Position numbers and translations under genes: made by a program | Shown here: in pieces, positions 44,882 through 51,708 of the stretch | How the letters are laid out: each line of letters starts with the position of its first letter | Numbering within the stretch: position 1 is the stretch's first letter | The notes under the pieces: model-generated | Seen by the model: only the letters and a program-made list of their open reading frames with translations | Database searches by the model: none | What the model was told of the DNA's origin: nothing | Virus record (IMG/VR): IMGVR_UViG_3300021399_000001 | Location: 69,905-133,904 of that record | Source: a virus | Lineage: Duplodnaviria > Heunggongvirae > Uroviricota > Caudoviricetes | Strand: one strand, 5' to 3' | DNA: 64,000 nt

Positions 44882-44965
44882 GGCCCCGTGGCGTAACAGG
44901 TAGGCGCAGCAGACTTAAAATCTGCTATCCGTAAGGGTGTACCGGTTCAAATCCGGTCGGGGCTA
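44882..44965 (+). tRNA. tRNA-Leu (anticodon TAA), class II
   Basis: Acceptor GGCCCCG/CGGGGCT, anticodon stem GCAGA/TCTGC with loop CTTAAAA, 15-nt variable arm, T-arm ACCGG-TTCAAAT-CCGGT, CCA encoded. Confidence 0.7.
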
Positions 44966-44971
44966 CCATAT

Positions 44972-45056
44972 GGCCTAGTGGCGCAACTGGTGAGACGCGG
45001 CAGACTCAAAATCTGTTACGGTAGAAACGCTGTGGGTTCAAATCCCACCTGGGCTA
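44972..45056 (+). tRNA. tRNA-Leu (anticodon CAA), class II
   Basis: Acceptor GGCCTAG/CTGGGCT, anticodon loop CTCAAAA, long variable arm, T-arm GTGGG-TTCAAAT-CCCAC, CCA encoded. Confidence 0.65.
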
Positions 45057-45060
45057 CCAT

Positions 45061-45089
45061 TTGACTTTCTTCTAAAATTATAGTATACT
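45061..45089 (+). promoter_or_regulatory. consensus promoter copy 13
   Basis: TTGACTTTCTTCTAAAATTATAGTATACT. Confidence 0.6.
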
Positions 45090-45119
45090 AATTATAGTAA
45101 AGTGAAAGGAATTAATAAA

Positions 45120-45383
45120 ATGGAAAGAGAATTTGCCATTCTTCATAATCATTTTATAGATGAAAAAACTCGTGGTTTAGCTGCGATAGCATTATTTCAG
45201 AAAGGCAAAATTCGTATTTATGCTGATAGTATTGATATTCCAAATATTATTAAGTTATATTATTTAGCAGAACATTTGGCACATGTCAGTATAGAAAAAT
45301 TTGTTGGACGAATTTTAAAATCTATTGATAATAAAAAATTTTATTGTAAACATAGATGGTATATAAAAGAAAATAATATTTGA
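45120..45383 (+). CDS. hypothetical protein
   Basis: ATG-45120 after GTGAAAGGAATTAATAAA (ORF track 45102). Confidence 0.45.
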   Translation: MEREFAILHNHFIDEKTRGLAAIALFQKGKIRIYADSIDIPNIIKLYYLAEHLAHVSIEKFVGRILKSIDNKKFYCKHRWYIKENNI

Positions 45384-45408
45384 CTTTCTTCTAAAATCGT
45401 AGTATAAT
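45380..45408 (+). promoter_or_regulatory. consensus promoter copy 14
   Basis: TTGACTTTCTTCTAAAATCGTAGTATAAT. Confidence 0.6.
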
Positions 45409-45443
45409 AATTACAGTAAAGGGAAAGAGAAAGGATACATTCA

Positions 45444-45590
45444 ATGATTAAATGTGAAACTTTTGAGCACGATTACCAAGTAGTAAATTTTTGTAATGAG
45501 AATCACATTACTAAAGAAAATATAATTTCATTGCATTTTAATCCTGAATTGTTATTTAGTTATAGATTATTCTATGAGGTAAATGATTGA
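45444..45590 (+). CDS. hypothetical small protein (48 aa)
   Basis: RBS GAGAAAGGATACATTCA; not in the ORF track. Confidence 0.35.
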   Translation: MIKCETFEHDYQVVNFCNENHITKENIISLHFNPELLFSYRLFYEVND

Positions 45591-45615
45591 CTTTTAGCAG
45601 AAAATCTGCTATAAT
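45587..45615 (+). promoter_or_regulatory. consensus promoter copy 15 (drives the tRNA / ncRNA block)
   Basis: TTGACT, 17-nt spacer, TGCTATAAT. Confidence 0.6.
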
Positions 45616-45695
45616 AAATATGTAAGGCGGCCACAGCAAATATTATTCAAGCAGTAATCTTTTAAATTATGTAGCTAAAAATCCGCCTAGAATTT

Positions 45696-45769
45696 GGGGT
45701 TGTAATCGAATTGGCATAGGTACTGCGCTTAGAACGCAGGTTTTGAGAGTTCGACTCTCTCCTTCCCCA
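45696..45769 (+). tRNA. class-I tRNA with anticodon TAG and tandem U-U mismatches in the acceptor stem
   Basis: Exact 74-nt standard geometry. Acceptor GGGGTTG/CTTCCCC, anticodon stem CTGCG/CGCAG with loop CTTAGAA, short variable arm GTTTT, T-arm GAGAG-TTCGACT-CTCTC, CCA encoded. Confidence 0.5.
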
Positions 45770-46385
45770 CCAAGACACATTCAGCAACTCAAAGTTTATC
45801 TTTGAATCGTCAGTTCAAATCTGACCTCGCGCATCGCGCAAGTAGCATAGTGGATAATGCAAAAGACAGAAAATGTGTCTAGTACGAGACTTGCAATCAC
45901 CACCCGCCTTCGGTGATAAAACAGGGGTTAACACTCGTTTGTGAGTAACGCTCGGAAAACGCCTGTATAAAAAAGAAAGAAGCGAGGACAGCCAGCCCAA
46001 CAGCTGTGGGTATGGTGGTAACTCTCACATCCTAGGAGTCCTGACGCTGTTATTGGACTTAATACTCAACGGAGTTGGTACCCAAACAAATCCTAGGATG
46101 TTATGGTATCAAGTGAAGAGCCTTCTCGTGGCGATACTGATTTCGACGAATCTTCACAATGAAGAACGGCTAGAATCGCGTTCCCTATAATTCCTCGTAG
46201 AAATTATAGTCTTAGTCACTAGCAATAAATATTAAAGAGCGCATTTCCCGTCCTGATCAGCGAGTAGAAATGCCAAAGAGCTCCCAGTGATATTGGGCGG
46301 GTGCGAGCACCCGTATAAGGGAACCCGGGGTGTACGAGAAAGCGTGGATAAGAGTGGACCGGCCACGATGAAATAGCTCACTTTA
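45770..46385 (+). ncRNA. GC-enriched structured noncoding block (unclassified)
   Basis: ~615 nt with no ORF. Contains a T-arm-like hairpin GTCAG-TTCAAAT-CTGAC, many long-range stems (for example GGGTA...TACCC and GTGAAGA...TCTTCAC), and an S-element-like AAATTATAGTCTTAG. Confidence 0.3.
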
Positions 46386-46389
46386 ATAT

Positions 46390-46418
46390 TTGACTTTTTC
46401 TTCAAATCATGCTATAAT
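46390..46418 (+). promoter_or_regulatory. consensus promoter copy 16 (drives the structured RNA and HNH gene)
   Basis: TTGACT, 17-nt spacer, TGCTATAAT; leader TATTATAGTAAAGAGGAAAGG. Confidence 0.6.
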
Positions 46419-46439
46419 TATTATAGTAAAGAGGAAAGG

Positions 46440-47140
46440 AAGTAGATACTCTATTTAATAAAATGGTTGAACCAAGTGAAGAAGAGCTAACCACTCTGCT
46501 TGGGCTATCTGAATAACAGCCATACGATTTAGCGGGATACTACTAAATCGCGGCCGCAAAATCAGTAATGATTAGCGATAAAGAGAAACTCTGAATGTTA
46601 AGGGTAGGCGCTTGGTTATCCGCTAACAAAAGCACGATTCCTCACGGCATCATAATAGAAGTCAAGCGTTAAAAGCGTAGACTGAATCCTAGTTAGGGTT
46701 TAGCTGGTGACTTGTATCAAACCTAGGAAAGACCAACAAGATGCTATTGTCGTTGAAACCTAGAAATAGGCTATAAGTGAGGTTTACGGTAAAAGTAGCT
46801 TAAAGTGACAACAAGTTCTTGGTATTAGAACAAATAATACATATTTGATTTATTATTAAAGAATTTGCTGAATGGTTTAAGTGAAATTTGGGAGTAGACA
46901 ATCTCCCCGTTGCTAGTCGAAAGACAGGGTGAAGAAGTTAAAGGGTCGCTACCTTTGGCTCAGCCTTCATCTTCAACGTGGCTGAATATGTTTAGAAGGA
47001 TAATACAAGTACGGCGAAGGTCGCAACGGTTTTATTAAATAGGGTATTTGCCCTAAACTTTAAGGTAGCATTGGAGTAATTAACCAATGAGACAAAGATG
47101 CTCCTACATCGGCTTAAAGTTTAAAATATAATCATAGGAG
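46440..47140 (+). ncRNA. structured noncoding block upstream of the second HNH endonuclease (candidate ribozyme or ncRNA)
   Basis: ~700 nt with no ORF. Follows promoter copy 16. Contains ACTACTAAATCGCGG (similar to the group I intron R element GACTAAAT) and a downstream TAGTCG. Confidence 0.3.
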
Positions 47141-47148
47141 TGATTTAT

Positions 47149-47559
47149 ATGAAAGCAGGAGATAAAAGAATTTGCCAAATTTGTGGCACAGAATTTGAAA
47201 TTATTGATAAAGGATGGAGTAGAAAATACTGTTATAAATGCTCTCCAAAAATTGATAAATCTGGAAAAACTTTGACATACGCGGAAAATATTACGATAAA
47301 ACGTCGTGCTATTAAAGAAATGTTAATTGCTTATAAAGGTGGAAAATGTGAACGATGTGGCTATGATAAGTGTAATAGAGCCTTAGAATTTCATCATATT
47401 AACCCACAAGAAAAAGATTTTGGTATTTCTAACAATATCAATCGTAATATTGAAGAATTAAAATCAGAAGTTGATAAATGTATTCTTTTATGTTCCAATT
47501 GCCATGCCGAAGTTCATCAAGAACTTTATGATAAAGGTCTTTTAAAAGAAGAATTTTAG
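47149..47559 (+). CDS. HNH endonuclease with N-terminal zinc finger
   Basis: ATG-47149 after TAGGAGTGATTTAT. CQICGTEF...CYKCSP is a zinc ribbon. EFHHINP...LLCSNCHAEVH is the HNH motif. Confidence 0.7.
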   Translation: MKAGDKRICQICGTEFEIIDKGWSRKYCYKCSPKIDKSGKTLTYAENITIKRRAIKEMLIAYKGGKCERCGYDKCNRALEFHHINPQEKDFGISNNINRNIEELKSEVDKCILLCSNCHAEVHQELYDKGLLKEEF

Positions 47560-47678
47560 GCGGATTCGCTCAGTGGTTGAGCAGTCGGCTGGTTGGATAG
47601 AAATAGTCCTCGTTGAGTGCAAGACTCAAATCCAGCACCATTAACCGACCTAGGGGAGTTCAATTCTCTCATCCGCCG
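47559..47678 (+). tRNA. tRNA (anticodon GGT? Thr-like) with a 49-nt insertion in the anticodon loop
   Basis: Acceptor GGCGGAT/ATCCGCC (perfect), D-arm GCTC-AGTGGTT-GAGC, T-arm GGGAG-TTCAATT-CTCTC, CCA encoded. Anticodon-stem strands GTCGG (47584-47588) and CCGAC (47645-47649) are separated by 56 nt. Confidence 0.45.
47590..47643 (+). other. minihelix-like element nested in the anticodon loop of the preceding tRNA
   Basis: GCTGGTT then an 18-nt spacer then TTGAG-TGCAAGA-CTCAA then ATCCAGC-A-CCA. The T-loop variant TGCAAGA resembles the TGCAAAT loops seen elsewhere. Confidence 0.35.
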
Positions 47679-47961
47679 CCATAGTCACGTAGAGGACTTA
47701 TTCTCTATGCTTGCTCAATGTCCAACTTATGTGAACGCGCGAAGTCACATAAGAGAGTCAACCCTTCCGAAGTACGAAGGAACCCCTAAAATGGTCTGTG
47801 GGGATAAACGGCATCATGAACCGTCTAATGTAGTTGACAAAGAGTATAGGTTCGTTAGGCTCCTAAGAAAAGCCTATCACCATCACGATAGCAAATAAGT
47901 GAATAAACGGATACGCGGTTAGCTGACCTTAAAGCTATTCTAATCTAGAGGAGAATAAAAT

Positions 47962-48501
47962 ATGAATGACGTAAGACTAAAGATTCTACCGCCTTGGACT
48001 ATTACAATTCGTAAGTTTGAGGCATTATTCGACGGTGATCCGCAGATTGCTTGTAATTGTAATTTCGCAGGTTCTAATCCTTCCATCGTATTAGCCTGTA
48101 ATAACGGCGACAAGGTCGCTGCCCTACAGCAGATTCTTCCTTCAGAAGTTTCTTTTGGTAATATTAAGCTAGCTGTAAGTGTAGATGGTACTCCTTCTAA
48201 TCGTGCTTTTACCAGCAAGGTTGAACTATTTGATACAGCTTTTAAAGGCAATCCTGTTTACGCTTATTCTGTATGTCCAGCTGAAGAAGGTTATCAATGG
48301 ATTGGAACTACTTATGTAGTATTTAATAACTGCGTAGTACAATTCGCTGCTGATAATCTAAATGATTGTCATGGCGTTATTAGTACTCTATATGAAACCA
48401 TTGCTAATGAGCTTCTAACTGGTCCTGCTACTGAAGGTGTATTTTATAATACAAATGTAGAGCGTGCAGGACTTGGTAAACCTCTAGGTGAGTGGCCATA
48501 A
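47962..48501 (+). CDS. hypothetical protein
   Basis: RBS AGAGGAGAATAAAAT; 179 aa. Confidence 0.5.
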   Translation: MNDVRLKILPPWTITIRKFEALFDGDPQIACNCNFAGSNPSIVLACNNGDKVAALQQILPSEVSFGNIKLAVSVDGTPSNRAFTSKVELFDTAFKGNPVYAYSVCPAEEGYQWIGTTYVVFNNCVVQFAADNLNDCHGVISTLYETIANELLTGPATEGVFYNTNVERAGLGKPLGEWP

Positions 48502-48514
48502 GCCACTCCATTGT

Positions 48515-48587
48515 GGGCCTATAGTTCAGCGGCTAGAATGTCCGGTTGTCTCCCGGAAGATCGCAGGTTCAAATCCTGTTAGGCTCG
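48515..48587 (+). tRNA. tRNA-Asp (anticodon GTC)
   Basis: Acceptor GGGCCTA/TAGGCTC, anticodon stem TCCGG/CCGGA with loop TTGTCTC (unusual U37), T-arm GCAGG-TTCAAAT-CCTGT, CCA encoded. Confidence 0.55.
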
Positions 48588-48679
48588 CCAGTTTGGTGCT
48601 TATAGTTTCGACCATTTAAAACTCGAAACTAATTTTAGACTCAATCAGCAATTATTTACTTGCATGTGGGGCCGGAAGT

Positions 48680-48735
48680 ATTGGTTTGACTCCAGTTCTC
48701 TCCGCCATATGGGGAGATAGTGTAACGATAGCACG
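48680..48735 (+). other. permuted tRNA-like halves: T-arm + TCTCTCC-G-CCA, then tat linker, then GGGGAGA + D-arm
   Basis: ATTGG-TTTGACT-CCAGT then TCTCTCC G CCA at 48680-48707. GGGGAGA-TA-GTGT AACGATA GCAC at 48711-48735. The acceptor strands are mutually complementary. Confidence 0.4.
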
Positions 48736-48759
48736 CCGTATAGTATGAGTCTAGTATAG

Positions 48760-48833
48760 CTGGGTGTAGCGCAGTTTGGTAGCGTGCTAGATTTGGGATC
48801 TAGAGGCCGTGAGTTCGAATCTCACCACCCAGA
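48760..48833 (+). tRNA. tRNA-Pro (anticodon TGG)
   Basis: Acceptor CTGGGTG/CACCCAG, anticodon stem CTAGA/TCTAG with loop TTTGGGA, T-arm GTGAG-TTCGAAT-CTCAC. No encoded CCA. Confidence 0.6.
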
Positions 48834-48887
48834 CTTCTTAACCGGGTTTGAAGATTATCCCAATTGTAAAATCTTCCCCTTTCTTTC

Positions 48888-48916
48888 TTGACTTTTTCTA
48901 GAATTTTTGATATAAT
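48888..48916 (+). promoter_or_regulatory. consensus promoter copy 17
   Basis: TTGACT, 17-nt spacer, TGATATAAT. Confidence 0.6.
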
Positions 48917-48946
48917 AAATATATCAAAGGAAAGGAAATAAATAAT

Positions 48947-49174
48947 ATGGATAAGAAAGAATTGTCCGCGCAAGCAACCAAGGCTGAATTTGTTAAGTCT
49001 ATTCATCATTGGTTAATGAATACGCTTAAACAAAATGGTAAAGAAGAATATAGTGATTGTTTTACTATTGAAGGTTCTAGTATTATGTGCCAACTGCCCG
49101 CGGATTATTTTAATCTGTACTCTATTCCTGCGAATACTAAAATTGAAATGAAATTTATTTCTAAGAAATCTTAA
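48947..49174 (+). CDS. hypothetical protein
   Basis: RBS AAAGGAAAGGAAATAAATAAT. Downstream of promoter copy 17. Confidence 0.5.
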   Translation: MDKKELSAQATKAEFVKSIHHWLMNTLKQNGKEEYSDCFTIEGSSIMCQLPADYFNLYSIPANTKIEMKFISKKS

Positions 49175-49210
49175 AGTTTTAAGCCGTTACAGCAATCTTT
49201 TTTATAAGTG

Positions 49211-49275
49211 GTTAATTTATTTTGATTGAGAAGCAAAATGATAGATGGTTCAAGTCCATCACGATTAAAATTAAC
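49211..49275 (+). other. three-arm tRNA-like element (closing stem + hairpin + T-arm), no CCA
   Basis: GTTAATTT...AAATTAAC closing stem enclosing ATTTTG-attgagaag-CAAAAT and GATGG-TTCAAGT-CCATC. Confidence 0.3.
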
Positions 49276-49385
49276 GGCTTAGTATTATTATAAGAGACAA
49301 GGCACATGCAGCAATTACTTTTATAATTACAAAATATAGATATTGGACAGTATATTAAAGTAAATTATTAGTGCCTTGAATTTAT

Positions 49386-49457
49386 GCCGGCGTGGCGCAA
49401 CGGTAGCGCAATCGCCTTGTAAGCGATAGGTTGTGGGTTCGATTCCCTCCGCCGGCT
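49386..49457 (+). tRNA. tRNA-Thr (anticodon TGT)
   Basis: Acceptor GCCGGCG/CGCCGGC, D-arm GCGC-AACGGTA-GCGC, anticodon stem ATCGC/GCGAT with loop CTTGTAA, CCA encoded. Confidence 0.65.
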
Positions 49458-49479
49458 CCATAACAAAAAGGAGTTTACT

Positions 49480-49905
49480 ATGAGATTTTTCGCTAAGAAG
49501 AAATTAAATCCAAATTCAAGTTTTGTTCCACCTTCAGTTGAAAAGAAATGCGAACATAAATTTCAAGATTTCCCATGGTATTTAACTTGGGATATACAAT
49601 ATAATCGTTACATGATTAAAGTAATTGAACCTTATGTTTGTATCTTTTGCGGTGAAAGACGTGACAAAGTTTTGGCCTCTTATACAGGTACAAATTATAA
49701 AGAGGGTGACAAACTTTTAAACGAACTCCGAAAACGTTTTGATAATCACATTAAATATCAAGAAGAAGTAGAAGATATGATAAATGATATGCTGCTTGTA
49801 GACCCAGAATATTTAAAGTGGTATCACTTATTACGCGAACAACAAGACCCTTCTACATCGCGCCCACAAGCTAATTTTAATAAAAGTCCAGAATTGAAAT
49901 TATAA
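49480..49905 (+). CDS. hypothetical protein
   Basis: RBS AAAAAGGAGTTTACT; 141 aa. Confidence 0.5.
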   Translation: MRFFAKKKLNPNSSFVPPSVEKKCEHKFQDFPWYLTWDIQYNRYMIKVIEPYVCIFCGERRDKVLASYTGTNYKEGDKLLNELRKRFDNHIKYQEEVEDMINDMLLVDPEYLKWYHLLREQQDPSTSRPQANFNKSPELKL

Positions 49906-49924
49906 TTAATAGGCACACACAGCA

Positions 49925-50004
49925 ACTTACATAGATAATCTATGAGTCATCGGTTCGAGCCCGATTATGCAAGCCAAAATTTTGCGTATCGCCCAGTCGG
50001 TAGG
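49925..50004 (+). other. minihelix-like element ending TATGCAA-G-CCA, then aaatt linker, then tRNA 5' half (TTGCGTA + D-arm GCCC-AGTCGGTA-GGGC)
   Basis: TTACATA then CATAGATaATCTATG hairpin then ATCGG-TTCGAGC-CCGAT then TATGCAA G CCA at 49925-49974. TTGCGTA-TC-GCCC... at 49980 onward. Both 5' 7-mers pair with TATGCAA. Confidence 0.4.
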
Positions 50005-50030
50005 GCAATAGAAAATAATGTGCCTAGATG

Positions 50031-50101
50031 ATGGGGACTAACCTAATGGAAGGGTCTTCGGCTCTGACCCGAAGTGTGATAGTTCAATTCTATCGTCCCC
50101 A
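50031..50101 (+). tRNA. tRNA-Gln (anticodon CTG)
   Basis: Acceptor TGGGGAC/GTCCCCA, anticodon stem TTCGG/CCGAA with loop CTCTGAC, T-arm GATAG-TTCAATT-CTATC, CCA encoded. Confidence 0.6.
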
Positions 50102-50107
50102 GCCATA

Positions 50108-50180
50108 TGGGAGTGTAGCTCAGTAGGGAGAGCACTAGACTTTTAATCTAGGCGTCGAGGGTCCGATTCCCTCCACTCTC
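50108..50180 (+). tRNA. tRNA-Lys (anticodon TTT)
   Basis: Acceptor GGGAGTG/CACTCTC, anticodon stem CTAGA/TCTAG with loop CTTTTAA, T-arm GAGGG-TCCGATT-CCCTC, CCA encoded. Confidence 0.6.
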
Positions 50181-50193
50181 ACCAATTATAATA

Positions 50194-50281
50194 TGCGGTA
50201 TTAGCGTAGAGGCCGAACGCGGGAGTTTGCTAAACTCTGTCGATCTTCAGTGATCCGAAGGTTCGAATCCTTCATGCCGCG
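50194..50281 (+). tRNA. tRNA-Ser (anticodon GCT), class II
   Basis: Acceptor GCGGTAT/ATGCCGC, anticodon loop TTGCTAA, 17-nt variable arm, T-arm GAAGG-TTCGAAT-CCTTC, CCA encoded. Confidence 0.65.
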
Positions 50282-50504
50282 CCAAGTGTGGACAGTAGGC
50301 TTGGAAGCAGCCACCTGATAATGAGTCTTTAATTTTTCCATCTGTGCGAAATGTATTATAGGCTACGTTTGTTATAATGCCCTATAAGTATGATGTGCAG
50401 ATGGATAATAGAAATATGAAGTTTGGCGTAAAAGCACACCACAAATATTGAGCTGGCCAGAGTAGCGTGCAGAAAGCTCAAGAGAATAAACACGGGGTTA
50501 CTAC

Positions 50505-50612
50505 ACAATGCGGTGGCGGAACAGGTAGACGCTACACATAAGATATTGGAATCGTCGCTGAAAAAGTGCTGGCATTTTGGAAACAATATCATGTAAGGTG
50601 CAAATCCTTACC
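50505..50612 (+). ncRNA. atypical ~108-nt tRNA-like gene with TGCAAAT T-loop (second of this kind)
   Basis: D-arm-like GGCG GAACAGGTAGA CGCT. An internal 7-bp stem GATATTG...CAATATC encloses 38 nt. T-arm TAAGG-TGCAAAT-CCTTA followed by CCCGCAT. Approximate boundaries. Confidence 0.3.
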
Positions 50613-50775
50613 CGCATTTTTAATTTAAAAGTTATTATGAATTTGTGCTAATATAGATTAATTGGTAAATCACCGTCATATGATAAAGGAGATGCGCGTT
50701 CGAAACTCGCTATTGGCCCGAGTTTGATACACTCGGTTATGTATCCGTTTGCCGACGCCGTTATTCGTCGGATAT

Positions 50776-50846
50776 GCGCCATTGGTGTAACGGTAACATA
50801 GGTGCCTTCCAAGCATCTGTTGTGGGTTCGAGTCCCATATGGCGCT
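50776..50846 (+). tRNA. tRNA-Gly (anticodon TCC)
   Basis: Acceptor GCGCCAT/ATGGCGC (perfect), anticodon stem GGTGC/GCATC with loop CTTCCAA, T-arm GTGGG-TTCGAGT-CCCAT, CCA encoded. Confidence 0.65.
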
Positions 50847-50935
50847 CCAGGATGCTTTAGATAGATTCAGCAATTATACATCTCTTGCATTGAGGCCTTC
50901 GGAATCATCCACCGATTGTATTCTATCTAGTATAT

Positions 50936-51008
50936 AGGCGTGTAGCCAAGCGGTTAAGGCACATGGCTTTGACCCATGCATTCGCTGGTTCAAATCCAGC
51001 CACGCCTG
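50936..51008 (+). tRNA. tRNA-Gln (anticodon TTG)
   Basis: Acceptor AGGCGTG/CACGCCT, anticodon stem CATGG/CCATG with loop CTTTGAC, T-arm GCTGG-TTCAAAT-CCAGC, CCA encoded. Confidence 0.6.
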
Positions 51009-51112
51009 CCAATTTTAGACGCCATTGCGCCACAACAACAGCAATTATTTTGTAGCTCCATTTTATTTTTTTATTTATAAGGCGTCTAGTAAATATTCGA
51101 GGAGGTTATCGG

Positions 51113-51427
51113 ATGAATACAGATATTTTAGATTTTATCGCTCGCAGATTTCCTATTACAAATGGAGACACATCTGACTGGATGGGCAAAAATTGTTACT
51201 ATTTCGCGCGCATACTTAAATCTAGATTTAAGGGAGAAATTTGGTACGATTTAGTAGATGGACATTTTTTATTTAAGCGTGGAGATTATTTTTTTGATTG
51301 GACTGGTATTAGAACTGACTATAATTGGGATAAGCCTGAAACAGTTGATAATTTAGTCCGCTGGTCTGATTATAAGAAAGCCGACCCAGTACATTATGAT
51401 AGAATTGTGAGGGATGTAATAGAATGA
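51113..51427 (+). CDS. hypothetical protein
   Basis: RBS CGAGGAGGTTATCGG; 104 aa. Confidence 0.5.
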   Translation: MNTDILDFIARRFPITNGDTSDWMGKNCYYFARILKSRFKGEIWYDLVDGHFLFKRGDYFFDWTGIRTDYNWDKPETVDNLVRWSDYKKADPVHYDRIVRDVIE

Positions 51428-51672
51428 GTAAGTTCCTATCCAATATTAAAGATTTAAGTGCTTTTATTGAAGCAATTAAGGAATGCAAGAATGATGTATT
51501 CCTTCTCAAGAATGATGGCAGCGAACAATTTAATCTAAAAAGTTCATTATCTGCCTACATTGCTTTGGGAAGGCTTGCGGATGAACACGGAGATGAATAT
51601 GAAATCTTTTGTAATTCAGCCGCGGATGAATCAAAACTTTTAAAGTTTTTTTATGAACGTGACGCCCGCTAA
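51424..51672 (+). CDS. hypothetical protein
   Basis: ATGA overlap with the previous gene; 82 aa. Followed by a terminator. Confidence 0.45.
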   Translation: MSKFLSNIKDLSAFIEAIKECKNDVFLLKNDGSEQFNLKSSLSAYIALGRLADEHGDEYEIFCNSAADESKLLKFFYERDAR

Positions 51673-51690
51673 TGCGGGCGATTTTTTTAT
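51658..51690 (+). terminator. rho-independent terminator
   Basis: GACGCCCGC-taat-GCGGGCG stem followed by ATTTTTTTAT. Confidence 0.7.
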
Positions 51691-51708
51691 ATATGTGTGG
51701 TGAAATAG

